Sequence record: CP121101.1
DNA from: a plasmid
Length of the DNA: 64,000 nucleotides
Strand: one strand, 5' to 3'
The translations under genes were made by a program, and so were the position numbers. Under the pieces are notes generated by a model, which searched no databases, was not told the DNA's origin, and saw nothing but the letters and a program-made list of their open reading frames with translations. Positions 44,448 to 54,957 of the stretch are shown piece after piece; position 1 is the first letter of the stretch; each line of letters starts with the position of its first letter.

Positions 44448-46592
44448 CAGGCAACCCTCGCAGCCAGTTCATCGGGGAGGCCAGCTGCAGTCTGACCAAA
44501 GGGGTTATTGGCCGCGGTTGGCCTGTCTATGCTCTTCCAGGATCTCAAGTTGTTATACCAGCTATCCGAGGTCTGGTAGTTCGATTCCATCAGTGCGCAG
44601 ATCTCTTCCACGTCTTTCGGGATTGGTATGTTGTCTTTCCTGTCATCCATTAGCGGGAAACGCAGCTTGTAGAGCTTGGCGCCATCGAGCAGTGCGAAGG
44701 CCTGACCCTTGGGCAGGCGAATAATATATCGGAGGGTTGTAGTAGTGGGACCTGGCGTGTGCCGATGGTATCCGAGTTGTTCGACTCGAAGTGAATGGTA
44801 CTAGTCACGTCGGAGTTATCACGTGCAGAACTCAGTGCGCCCAACTCGCTAATAGTGACCTCTGGCAACTGGTTGGTAAGAAGCTCAGCTGTTTCTATGG
44901 TTTTGACGCGCAGCATGATGATCGCATTGAAGTTTGACAACATTTGCTGGGCTTTGGCTGCGTCTCCAAGCTTGGCCTCTAGGTCGAAAACTGACTGGGT
45001 GTAGGCTGTGAACCTCACCCCAGAGCCACCGGACTTGTTGAGGATCGGGATGGCGAAATCTGTCGCCAGCTCATTGAACTCATCGCAGTGGAGGTAAACC
45101 TTCGGTAAAACGCCATTTCTTGCGTCCACCAACCCTTTTTCCATCCCGTATTTATACAGATAGCCACAGGTAGAGAGCAGGTCAGACAGCATAGAACCGC
45201 CAATGGCCTCTGCTACTGTCTTATCTGTCATGGCGTCCAGACCGATATAGACCACTGCCTTTTGCCGCATGATGGTCATCCAGTCGATAATGGGTCGGGA
45301 GTCTTTGGCGTCGTATGTTGGGGCCACCAGCTCCACCAGCCGGCCGGATGTGACTTTCTCCACGAACGGCAGCAAGGATGCAGTCAGTTTGTCAAAGTAG
45401 GTCTTGTCGTACTGAATTGCGGATAGCAAGGCCAGCAGCACAGGATCAAAGATGCGCTTCCCCTTGATGTAGGCTTCCAGGGCCGCGGTTCGCTTGGTCC
45501 GGCTTTGCATGTGCCGGGGAGGAGCCTTCATGTTCAATTCGATAGTGCTCACGTCCTCTCGCCAGCGAGCAATCCGGTGCTTCTCGAAATAATACTCGCT
45601 GTAGTCGTTGAATAGCGGTTCCATGTCAGCAATGTCACCTTGGATCTGCACGTAACTAGGCCGACTACCCATTGCAACCCTAGCTTGTGCAACGATGTTC
45701 ACGAATCGCCAAGAGAACTCCGCAAAAGCAGCACTGTTTCCCTCACTGGCGAGTTGGCTGGTGGCCCGGGTGGCCACTTCCGAAATCCTGGCGAATGAGC
45801 CCACGGCGTTATAGCGGCAGCTGATGTCGGGGAATCCTAAGTGGAAGATGTAGAACGGGCGATTGTGCCTCTTGGCTTCCGTATAGAGGCGCTTGAGGAT
45901 GCCGGCGTCAGATTTGGGGTCCATGAAGACCGTGCAGCCGTCGCCGCGGGCAATATCGGACGCAACGTAAATCTCGGCGGCTCGGGTCTTCCCCACGCGC
46001 GTTGTGCCAATCACGATTTTGTGAGCAACTCGTTCTCCCAGGTCTTCGTAGACATCCCTTTCATGAGGTTCAACAGCATGCATGATCGGCGATCCCCCAA
46101 CGGGGGGGAGGGGGCGGACAGGGTTCCATGGGCTGTCCTTGCGAAGCGCTTTGGCGATGGACTCAGCCAGCATCCCTTTCCCCTCCAAGGTAATTTCCGC
46201 CCGGCGGGCCAGCTTACTTAGATTCTGGGCTCCAGGTACTTCATCGCCTTGATGGATTGCGCCTCAATCATCCGCTGTGTGTGAATGGGCTTCCACTCAA
46301 AACCTCGGCCGATCCAGTTGAGACGTTGCGAACATGGAACGTCCTGGGGCTTCATCTCGTAGTAACTGAGGCGCGTAAGGTTGCGATGGTACTTGCTGAC
46401 GGTCCATCCGTCGTGAAACCTGCTGAGGGCCCCGGCCGCCAATATACTGCCACAGGCATAGCTGACTGATGGAGTCATCATGAGAGTGTGAGGCGCCCAC
46501 ATGCACAGCGCTGCTCCCCCTGACATGATCGCAGAGCTGTAGAGCTCAACAGGCGGGCGTAGCAAGGACTCAATTTCAAATTTTGCAGTCAT
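44447..46592 (-). CDS. traD: type IV coupling protein TraD (ICE/PFGI-1 class), ~700 aa, reconstructed across two apparent frameshifts (~46190-46215 and ~44650-44700)
   Basis: N-terminal TM region (46218-46592), Walker A GTTRVGKT, ...YLHCDEFNELA... (DExx), C-terminal piece MDDRKDNIPIPKDVEEICALM. Confidence 0.7.
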
Positions 46593-46697
46593 GGATACAT
46601 TCCATATATGGGATATAAGGGGGGGGGAGAATCTCGCCGGGGAGCAAGGGGCACCGGCGTGGCTGCGGCAGATGGGAGGATGGCCATCTCGGACTAG

Positions 46698-47279
46698 CTA
46701 CTGAAAAAAACCAGATTTGGTGATCATGATCGGGTAGCCCGGGGCGCCTAGCTGATCGGCGAGGGCATCAGCATTCATTGGCCAGAGTTGCATGGGAGCC
46801 ACCAGCTTTTGCATGTACTCCCACTCGGTTTGGTTCCTTACCTTCGTCAACACCCCGGACGAACCATACTGCTCCAACACCTTTCGATTTGCCTGGAACC
46901 ATCGAATGCTGTACTCGTCGGTGCCGATGACGAACAGAGGCTGGGGGAGGTCCGGCAGCTCCTTGAGCATCTGGGTACCAGGAAGAACTACCGGCTTGAT
47001 GAGCTTTGGTTCAATAGGAAAGATCCTTGGCAGTGCTGCAGATGAGGGCTTGAAATTCTCCATAGCAGTTTTGAGGTTGGTCTTGATCTGATCCAGTGAA
47101 TCCGGTTTCTTCAGGTCGGAGTAAAACTGGTCATCAACCCAGTTCTTGATAGGGAAGGCCTTCTCATTCTGGTAGATGACAATCCCTGGCGATGGCACAT
47201 CTGCATGCGCACAGCCAGCGATCGCCGACAGCATGATCCCCAAAACGGTCATTGCATGGTTTGTTTTACATATTGCCAT
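46698..47279 (-). CDS. ICE-type transfer lipoprotein/periplasmic protein (PFL_4695-like), 193 aa
   Basis: signal peptide MTVLGIMLSAIAGCAHA; position in the transfer cluster. Confidence 0.45.
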   Translation of the reverse strand: MAICKTNHAMTVLGIMLSAIAGCAHADVPSPGIVIYQNEKAFPIKNWVDDQFYSDLKKPDSLDQIKTNLKTAMENFKPSSAALPRIFPIEPKLIKPVVLPGTQMLKELPDLPQPLFVIGTDEYSIRWFQANRKVLEQYGSSGVLTKVRNQTEWEYMQKLVAPMQLWPMNADALADQLGAPGYPIMITKSGFFQ

Positions 47280-47857
47280 TGTTTATACACCGACTTGCGA
47301 TAGGCTGCGGCTTTCGCTACATCCGTTGGGTTGTGATACTGGCCGGCTGCTTGCCACCAGTTTCGGGATTTCTGGTAATGCTCGGATAGGTAGTCAGCTG
47401 CCGCATTGAGGTTCGTCCATGGGTCAGTAGCCGCCCAGAGGTCTCCACCAAACCTCCCGGAGTGCCAACGCCAATTCACCTGGGCAATACCGATGTCTAC
47501 GGATCGGTGTCCCTGGTCAATTAGCCGCTTGCAAAACTGATACAGTGCAACGCGAGTTTTGAACCTATACCCTTTCCCTTTGAAGTTGGCCGTCCATGGC
47601 CACGGCACGATTCGCCCCTTGTTTGTCGGCAATTTACTTTCGGCCAACGAGATTGAATACAGAAGATCTGCCGGCACACGCTTAATCATGGCTACTTCAT
47701 AGTAGGCTGGTGGAATAGGTGCTACTTGGGGCTTTGCACCCTTAACCTGCTTAGTTGCATGGCGGCCTCGAGCATCGGTTGAGGCGCTTCCTTGTGAGGG
47801 GCTGGCAAAGGTGAGTATGGCCAGAATGACTGCAGCACTGATCGTCCCTATCCTCAT
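47249..47857 (-). CDS. lytic transglycosylase (SLT domain) of the conjugative apparatus
   Basis: signal peptide; SLT motifs ...SISLAESKL..., HRSVDIGIAQVNWRWH, ...DPWTNLNAAADYL. Confidence 0.65.
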   Translation of the reverse strand: MRIGTISAAVILAILTFASPSQGSASTDARGRHATKQVKGAKPQVAPIPPAYYEVAMIKRVPADLLYSISLAESKLPTNKGRIVPWPWTANFKGKGYRFKTRVALYQFCKRLIDQGHRSVDIGIAQVNWRWHSGRFGGDLWAATDPWTNLNAAADYLSEHYQKSRNWWQAAGQYHNPTDVAKAAAYRKSVYKQWQYVKQTMQ

Positions 47858-48723
47858 GGCTTCAACTCAACCGTGTTGTTTAGTTGGACCCGGTATGCAA
47901 CCGGCAACCCAGGGGTAGGTTTAAGGCGAGCATAGTATCCACTGTCATAGTTCACGGTCGCTTTGCCATCAGCAAGCATCTGAGTTGAGATCCCGACACT
48001 TCGAGAGAAAGACAACAGGTTTTCATCGGCGTTGGCATTGATGACGAACAGATCAAGGCGATTGAGTTTGCTTGAGCTGGTGGCGAGATTCTTGATGAAC
48101 CTGGTGCACCTGACATCGCAGTTTGCAGCGTCAGCATAGGCAACGGTTCGCGTGTCCTTGATCGGTACCGCTACACTGTTGCTGCTGAAGCCTGCGGCCT
48201 TAGAGCTGTCAACGCCAGATTCAGCGCTGCGCTTGGCCCAAGCTCTTCTCTCCGAATCTGACATCCAAACCGGGTGGTTCGGGATCAGCGTCTTGATGTA
48301 TTGATTAACGGCCTCGTCAAACTGAACTTCCCTTGCCAATCGGGCACGTTCCATTTCGACCGAAAGTTTGGCATATCGGGATCGATCAAAATCTGTCTTG
48401 GCGTTTATACCCATGACCATGAGTGGTGTGAGCTCTGGTTTATTCGAGTAGTAGGCGGCATTCGGTCCGGTGGACATCAACTCCTTGTACTCCATCCATT
48501 CTGATTGTTTCATCCCCCATGCCTTGGACTGTCGAAGATCCTCTTTCGTCCACTGCAGATACGACGGTACTTCGTTAACGGTCGGTAAAGTTTCACGTTG
48601 TGTTGCTGATTGGCCTATGGTGGTGAGATTGGTATTTACTCCTGACCGCAGTTCTACAGCTTGTGCTGATATGCCGAGCGTGCCAGCGACAATGGCGGAA
48701 ATAATTGCACGTTGAAATTTCAT
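47854..48723 (-). CDS. ICE-type transfer protein (PFL_4693-like), secreted, 289 aa
   Basis: signal peptide MKFQRAIISAIVAGTLGISAQA; operon position. Confidence 0.45.
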   Translation of the reverse strand: MKFQRAIISAIVAGTLGISAQAVELRSGVNTNLTTIGQSATQRETLPTVNEVPSYLQWTKEDLRQSKAWGMKQSEWMEYKELMSTGPNAAYYSNKPELTPLMVMGINAKTDFDRSRYAKLSVEMERARLAREVQFDEAVNQYIKTLIPNHPVWMSDSERRAWAKRSAESGVDSSKAAGFSSNSVAVPIKDTRTVAYADAANCDVRCTRFIKNLATSSSKLNRLDLFVINANADENLLSFSRSVGISTQMLADGKATVNYDSGYYARLKPTPGLPVAYRVQLNNTVELKP

Positions 48724-48992
48724 CGTAAGTACCTCAGTGGTAGAAGGCAGCGCGAGCCGTCCCGGCCGTAAATGAAGATTGAACCGCCAGAGTAGTAGGG
48801 CCTTGATGAGTCAATGTAAAGTGAACGGAGGCCGGTAATGTCTTGTTGTGAGCACGCGGGGACGGTAGCCACTTTCTTCGGCTCACTCTCTTTCTCTCCG
48901 AAGCTTTTGGCTAGCGAATTGGAAAGGTTCTGGATGGTGCTACACCCACTCAGTAACAAGACTGCCGCAGAAAGTAAAATCCATCTAGGCAT
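48720..48992 (-). CDS. small conjugal-transfer lipoprotein (start MPRWILLSAAVLLLSGCS)
   Basis: lipobox LLSGC. Confidence 0.45.
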   Translation of the reverse strand: MPRWILLSAAVLLLSGCSTIQNLSNSLAKSFGEKESEPKKVATVPACSQQDITGLRSLYIDSSRPYYSGGSIFIYGRDGSRCLLPLRYLR

Positions 48993-50362
48993 CAGTAGCC
49001 TCCGCTGGCCACAACAGTGAGAACCTTGTCCCCCTGGATGAATACAGCCTGTCTTGATTGACGGTCGGCACTCTCCAATCGCCACATTCCAATTTCATCG
49101 CCAACTTGAAGTCTCTTAACGTCGTCGCCATTGATCATGGTGACAAGCAGGATGCCCCCCCAATCATCAACATCGAAGAGTGTATGGCCATCGACGACTT
49201 TGGCCAACTGAGGTTTCCTGACTGGTAGAGTCTTCGTTGTGGAATAGTGTGACTCTGCAGTGCGTGTTGTTTGAGAGATGGCTTGGTGGCCGGTATTCTT
49301 TAGCTTATTGATAGCTGCCTGAGATGCCTCTTGACTAACCCTCAATGCATCAACAGACTCCTGAATGTTGTCGACTAGTTGGCGAGTTTGCCTAGCCCAA
49401 GTTAAACCAAGGTCTGTGTCCGTCGACAGTTTTTCGGTAGATGACTTTAGCGAGCTCAGCTCTGAGTTTAGAGCTGACAAATCTGCTGCCTGTTGCTGAA
49501 CATGCCGCGAAACTTCACCTACAGCAGCATCAATTTCAGAGGTCCTATTCACGGAGTTAGATTCGATTTTATCCATCCTAGCTACCATCTCAGTACGTAG
49601 GTCATCGAAAATCTGTTGAATGTTTTGATTCTTCGGGAGCGATAGAAATGTGTAGCTGGCTAAACCAAAGCTGAAAACACCAAGAGCAAAACTGACATAC
49701 GCCGCCGCAATGGTTCTTCCCCCTACAGGGTCAGTATCATACCGCTCATATCTGTCTCCTTGGTCATGATCCAGAGTCGACTCGCTCACAGGTTCATGTT
49801 CGGTGCTTGGATGAAGTGCCGGCTGCCTTGCTTTTTTCAATCGACGGAATATGCCGCTCGTTGATTTTTGTCTATCGCCAGACTCTGCATGAATTGATTC
49901 CAACGGAGGTTCGACAGGTACATCCCCATCATTTAGCTCTACGTCATTATTCGCGTGTGATGCATCCGGGGTTATCTCTGGAAGAAATTCGTCACCGTCG
50001 GTGACACTATCACTCCGCTGAAGTTGCATATCTTGAGGCTGTTCGGTAACTGAGCTTTGTTCTTCAGTGAATGTTTGCTCCGTTTTTTCTACCACTCCCC
50101 CTACAATCCAACCCGCACTTAAGTCTTCTCCCATGAGTTCTCTTGCAACATCCATCGGGTCGATTTCTGGGACTGCATCGATAGCTTTTGCCGTTTCTGC
50201 GCCTGCGTAATTTGGGGATGTGGCATCCCCACTCACCTGGTTTTTGCCAACTAATGAGTCATCATCCTGAATGACACCCTGGGCAGTTGAAACACCAAAT
50301 GAAGAAAGAAGGCTGTCTGTTTCACTGCTCTTTCGCTTGAGGAAATCGCTATCCGTTTTCAT
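48992..50362 (-). CDS. PilL-like transfer protein: acidic N-terminal region, one TM, coiled-coil, C-terminal domain; 456 aa
   Basis: architecture typical of pilL-type genes in PAPI-1/pKLC102-type clusters. Confidence 0.45.
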   Translation of the reverse strand: MKTDSDFLKRKSSETDSLLSSFGVSTAQGVIQDDDSLVGKNQVSGDATSPNYAGAETAKAIDAVPEIDPMDVARELMGEDLSAGWIVGGVVEKTEQTFTEEQSSVTEQPQDMQLQRSDSVTDGDEFLPEITPDASHANNDVELNDGDVPVEPPLESIHAESGDRQKSTSGIFRRLKKARQPALHPSTEHEPVSESTLDHDQGDRYERYDTDPVGGRTIAAAYVSFALGVFSFGLASYTFLSLPKNQNIQQIFDDLRTEMVARMDKIESNSVNRTSEIDAAVGEVSRHVQQQAADLSALNSELSSLKSSTEKLSTDTDLGLTWARQTRQLVDNIQESVDALRVSQEASQAAINKLKNTGHQAISQTTRTAESHYSTTKTLPVRKPQLAKVVDGHTLFDVDDWGGILLVTMINGDDVKRLQVGDEIGMWRLESADRQSRQAVFIQGDKVLTVVASGGY

Positions 50363-50922
50363 TGCTTTACACCGTTAATTTCAATAGATGTAGGGTCTTC
50401 ATCATGGAGTAATGGGACAAATGTGACGACGCGATGCACAGGGTCTACAAGCAGCAAGAATGCATCACCAGCAAGTGTCTTGAGAGCGGATTGGACAGTG
50501 ACGTATGAAAATTTTCTTTGCACGCTTGGCAAGGGGAGGGTGAGCATCACTTTCGTGCTTTCTGGCAGATTAGACATCTCGGCAAGCGTGTACCCGGTCT
50601 GCTGAATTGTGTAGTTGATCGCTTGCCCTACTGTCTCTACGGTGGGTGGAAATGAAAAGCTCACAACGGTAAGAAGCGGATTAGATTGGCGTACTTCCGG
50701 AGTGGTGTCGATTGTGGTGTAACGCGAAATTGCATACCGGTCTTCTGGTGTAGCTGCGGTGACACCCTGCGCAATCATCATCCAGATTGTCGCTACTGTC
50801 AGCGCACTTTTTACTGTCTGCATCTCAATGCGTCCATGGTTGATTTTAGTCGCTAATTTTACCATGACGTGATACCGGAAAATGGGTGCAGTTTTGGCAG
50901 TGATTTTTTCAGCGATATGCAT
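50359..50922 (-). CDS. PilL-like/ICE transfer protein, 187 aa, secreted
   Basis: signal peptide ...SALTVATIWMMIAQGVTAA; translationally coupled to the next gene. Confidence 0.4.
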   Translation of the reverse strand: MHIAEKITAKTAPIFRYHVMVKLATKINHGRIEMQTVKSALTVATIWMMIAQGVTAATPEDRYAISRYTTIDTTPEVRQSNPLLTVVSFSFPPTVETVGQAINYTIQQTGYTLAEMSNLPESTKVMLTLPLPSVQRKFSYVTVQSALKTLAGDAFLLLVDPVHRVVTFVPLLHDEDPTSIEINGVKQ

Positions 50923-51871
50923 TGAGCGATATGCTGAAGCCTAACAGCATTAACTTCGATATCTAGCAGAGTGGGCAATGGCGAAGGATGGGTTCTACGG
51001 AGAGGAAATTGTTAATGCAGGAAGGCGTGTGATACGACCGTATAGCAGATAAAGTTAAGGCGCCATCAGGCGCCCTAATATGATTCGTGTTTTTCTTGAA
51101 ATTAAAAGGCCGGTTTCTTTTCCTGGCTATTTGATTTGATGTTGGGGAGGAATTTTCATTCCGGCCTCTGGCAGCCCCTGGGCCTTTCGTCGGGCCAGAT
51201 TTACTCTGACTAACTGGCCGATCGTTTTTGCCGACGATCTGCGCGGCGTTGTTGAAGTCATGTTCACCATGACGGTTCCAATGCTATCGGATCACTCCGG
51301 GCTGATCAAGGGAACTAATCGACAGCCAAAGAGCAAGGGGAATGGCGAAGGGAAGGGGGCAGGCTGCGCTGCCCTTAACCATTAAAGGGGGTGTGGGGGA
51401 AAATAGAGGGCCCTTCACCATTGCGCTGGCGTAGGCCTGCATAACCCCAAGGCGGATTGGGTTTTGATAGCCGTCGGCACTTGAATGCGGACCAAGCAAA
51501 GCATGCCGCGTTGTCATATCATATTGTTTTTTAACGTTTTGACTGTTTATTGCCCTTAGGGGAGATCTACCTTTCCAGCAGCCCAGCGGGCAGTAATATG
51601 TCAAAAATTGGCTCCGTATGGGTGTGTGCGTGTTGCTTAGCTCAATCCGTGTAGACCCAATGGGCTCCGCTAGGTTGATCCAACACGTGCCTGAGGAGGA
51701 GTGCCGCCCCGTTCTTCATGGGCACTTCGGTGCAATTGGTCGCTTGTATTGTGGGAATTCTCCCCAACGGCTGGGATGGTGAGTGCAATGAATGTGATCT
51801 GAGTCACGTTTTGTTTTAGGTGCATGCCACCACAAGTGGCGTGGGCGGCGTGCCGTTACTGTGCCGCCTAT

Positions 51872-51903
51872 AAAAAACGACCCGCAATAATCGCGGGTCT
51901 TTC
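51872..51903. terminator. bidirectional rho-independent terminator (gacccgc-aataat-gcgggtc flanked by A6 and T-run)
   Basis: perfect 7-bp GC stem directly 3' of ORF 51904-52218. Confidence 0.65.
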
Positions 51904-52218
51904 CTATCTTCTCGTTCGCTTGGCGAACAGGCCGAGTTGAGAGTTTATATAGTCGAGCTGAGTTTGGGTTTTTATGGCCAGAGAGCTCTCTGTTTCATCT
52001 AGCTGGAGACCAAAACCACTGTAATTCGATATCCTTCTGTTACTACCATCGACAATCTTCCATCTGAGGTAAATCCTATTGTAACTCCGATGTGGGATTA
52101 TTATTAATGGAAGAGCATCGCGAATCTTCAAATTAAGCTCATGGACAATATTTGAAATCTCGGCCTCTATATAGTCATCGCTCATCTGTTTCAGAGAGTT
52201 TAGACAGAGGCCATCCAT
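51904..52218 (-). CDS. hypothetical protein, 104 aa
   Basis: ORF followed by terminator. Confidence 0.45.
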   Translation of the reverse strand: MDGLCLNSLKQMSDDYIEAEISNIVHELNLKIRDALPLIIIPHRSYNRIYLRWKIVDGSNRRISNYSGFGLQLDETESSLAIKTQTQLDYINSQLGLFAKRTRR

Positions 52219-52227
52219 CTCTCTTCA

Positions 52228-53070
52228 TCATGCCTCTTCGGCTGTCGTTTCCTTAACGATTTCAGGTTCGATGTAAGCGTCCGCTGGGTTGCTCTTTCTT
52301 TCCGCTACGTTATGAATTTCAGGTGCGAATTCATGCCGAGTTTCACCGCGCATGTGGCCAATCGATGGCAAGATCCCAATCGACTCATAACGCTCTGCAG
52401 CGATGCGAGCTTTCTCGTTATTGGCTAACACGTCATCTCGAGTGACAGGAGTATGTCGATAAGACGCTGCGCGTGAAATGAGTGCTCGGCAGCCCCGCAT
52501 AACATCGCGAATGTAAGTGGTTCTTGCACTCGGGCTAAGCAGAGCTACATGGCTTGCAAGCATGACAAGGCGAATGAAGGAGTCAATTTCCAGGACTGTA
52601 TACAGGAACTGATAGTAGAGCTGGCTACCACTACGAACCTGATAGACGATGGGTTTCACGGAGAAAGATTCAGAGGATGTGAAATTCTCTGGAACCCGGT
52701 CTTCCATGTAGCTAATCAGTGCCTGCTTTTTGGTTTTCAACTCTTCTCTGAACTCTGTAATTGCTGTCCAGATTGAATCAAACCAGAAGTCTGCATAGGG
52801 GTTGTCGAGTCGGATATCCCCTTCCAGGATCATCATGGATTGCGCCAACATGGTCAGATTGTGTGGGGTGAATTTTTTCTTCTGACCATTGTCATCAGTA
52901 CCGTCCTGATCCGATTCACGCTTGACGCCGGAAAACAGTGCGGCTCCTTCATAGGTATGGATCTCAATTTTGATGTGTGACCTGAGTCTGCCCAGTTCGG
53001 TTACTCGATTGCTCGGTGTGCTCGAGGTCTCTTCATTGCTGAGGGCTCCAAGAATCAGTTTGCTGCTCAT
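52228..53070 (-). CDS. ICE-associated hypothetical protein, 280 aa
   Basis: ORF in the transfer/maintenance gene block. Confidence 0.45.
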   Translation of the reverse strand: MSSKLILGALSNEETSSTPSNRVTELGRLRSHIKIEIHTYEGAALFSGVKRESDQDGTDDNGQKKKFTPHNLTMLAQSMMILEGDIRLDNPYADFWFDSIWTAITEFREELKTKKQALISYMEDRVPENFTSSESFSVKPIVYQVRSGSQLYYQFLYTVLEIDSFIRLVMLASHVALLSPSARTTYIRDVMRGCRALISRAASYRHTPVTRDDVLANNEKARIAAERYESIGILPSIGHMRGETRHEFAPEIHNVAERKSNPADAYIEPEIVKETTAEEA

Positions 53071-53179
53071 TTTTCCTTTTTCTCCGTTTGTTGATCAAAT
53101 GATGATGTCGACAGCGTGGTATACCTGTGTTGCCATTTTTTTTATGCTGGGTGTGATAGTGATGTTGAGACCCATGCCA

Positions 53180-53686
53180 CTACATGCATTCGTACATCTC
53201 CTGACATCGGCCTGATTCCACTTTGAAAATCCTCCCCATAAGTACGCCAAGATGCTGGCCTGCATGCTTCAGTGAAATTTCCTCCCGCTCATCGCCTTGG
53301 TAAAATTCGACTATGAATCTGACGATCTGCGTGTAGAGATCCAGAGGGTCCATTACATCAAAACTTGGTTGGAAGAGATTCAGCGTGTGAATCACAAGCC
53401 CCTCCAGACGGGGGTCGATTTTCGACGTTGGTCGGCCGGGAGTATTTTGCGTCCCCATCCACTGGATGGCTGAAATTGGCGAGCCCGTGATGATACCGAT
53501 TTTCTTCCTGTGAATTTTCAGCATGGACAGAAGCTGTTGAGTTCGTATCACTTCGTTAAGCTGTTCAGAGGTCTCCCCAATGATCATGGCGATGTCTGGC
53601 GATAACCTTATGTGCTCCGGTAGTATCAATGTAGCAAGAGAACCGAGCCTACTTGGATTCATCCTGCAGTATTGGACTACTGACAT
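53180..53686 (-). CDS. hypothetical protein, 168 aa
   Basis: ORF. Confidence 0.4.
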   Translation of the reverse strand: MSVVQYCRMNPSRLGSLATLILPEHIRLSPDIAMIIGETSEQLNEVIRTQQLLSMLKIHRKKIGIITGSPISAIQWMGTQNTPGRPTSKIDPRLEGLVIHTLNLFQPSFDVMDPLDLYTQIVRFIVEFYQGDEREEISLKHAGQHLGVLMGRIFKVESGRCQEMYECM

Positions 53687-53718
53687 AAGTTCATCCCTTT
53701 TCAGTAGACATACATCTG

Positions 53719-54078
53719 CTAGGAATCACAATTTGTGAAGCTACTACTGATCAAATGCAGTAGAAGTGCCCGAGGGAATTGAGCATCTGCGTCCTCGTCC
53801 CTTGCAGGCATACCGTTGGCGATGGCATTGAATACTGGTCGAAGATCGATAGTTCCAAAGCACCCGCTAGGGTCATCATGAATGTCATCCATCACTCGGC
53901 GTTTGAACTGAAGCGTCTTTATCCAAAATTCATTCTGGCAAAATTGCTCAAGCCCATACCCTGTTAGATTGTGAGAAAAGGGGGCCGCATATGAACGATG
54001 TAGGATGGCGTGCCTGATTATCTCTGCCAGGAGTGAGCCACAGCATGCGATCAATTTGTCCCGTTTATTCGACATCAC
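53719..54078 (-). CDS. hypothetical protein, 119 aa
   Basis: ORF, overlaps the start region of the downstream gene. Confidence 0.35.
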   Translation of the reverse strand: MMSNKRDKLIACCGSLLAEIIRHAILHRSYAAPFSHNLTGYGLEQFCQNEFWIKTLQFKRRVMDDIHDDPSGCFGTIDLRPVFNAIANGMPARDEDADAQFPRALLLHLISSSFTNCDS

Positions 54079-54904
54079 ACTCTCCGCTGTTTAGTGCCAC
54101 GCTGATCGACATGCGTCGTATCAATCGCATTAGTCTGCCACAAGCTGGGTGAATTGTGTTGTCGTTTGATTCGTCGATCATGGAGATGATTGTTGCGTTG
54201 GCCCAGGACGAACGAGATAGGTTGAATCGCAGATGAATTGACTCTGCCATCTCGTTTTCATCGCGATATCCATTTCTGAGAGCCAACTTATCGAGGCCGG
54301 CCGCCAGTGACTCGCTTCGTGATGATTGTGCGCCGAGCAGAAGTAAAGGGATTGCTCTGACCATTTGTACTCTGCTGGAGACGCTGCGCAGATCAACACA
54401 GAAACCGCCATGTATAAGCGTTGATAGTTTTATGCCATATGTTGAGGCAATAGATTCGGCGGTGAGATAGATTGCGTGATCAAGAAATGAGAGGTCTTGT
54501 TGTGCTTCAGAGATCTGCTCTGGTGCTGTGGAGATCTCGATGTCTGGTTTTGTGGCGACCAGAAATGAAATGGCATGGCCAACAGTGTAACCCTCGATGG
54601 GGCTTGTTGGATTGTTGTCCCACTTATCCTGACCGTCGCAAATCTGCGAGAGAAGGGCGGCCACGTTTTTGATTTCCATGGCCGACGCCGACCGGAGCTT
54701 CTCAGCACCAAATGTTACGATGCTGTTCCAGCTTGCTCGGTAGTCGCGAATAAACCGCTTCGATGAGGCCATCACCTCTTCGTAACTACTAGGTGTATCA
54801 ATTGGAATTTCAAGCTGCTCGTTGCCGTAGAGTGCTGCAATTGCTAACAGTCTCTCCCCGCCATCAAGCTTCCTAAGATCCAAATCTTCTTCTAGCCCGT
54901 TCAC
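54065..54904 (-). CDS. hypothetical protein, 279 aa
   Basis: ORF. Confidence 0.45.
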   Translation of the reverse strand: MNGLEEDLDLRKLDGGERLLAIAALYGNEQLEIPIDTPSSYEEVMASSKRFIRDYRASWNSIVTFGAEKLRSASAMEIKNVAALLSQICDGQDKWDNNPTSPIEGYTVGHAISFLVATKPDIEISTAPEQISEAQQDLSFLDHAIYLTAESIASTYGIKLSTLIHGGFCVDLRSVSSRVQMVRAIPLLLLGAQSSRSESLAAGLDKLALRNGYRDENEMAESIHLRFNLSRSSWANATIISMIDESNDNTIHPACGRLMRLIRRMSISVALNSGECDVE

Positions 54905-54957
54905 TATTTATCCTCCCGCAATCACCACAAAATTTGTGTCTTTTTTTTTTGCGATAT

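Noticed and set aside
51284-51604. 106-aa ORF in the 51-kb non-coding region
   Set aside because: It has no RBS, odd composition, and sits within a region with palindromes. It is treated as non-coding.
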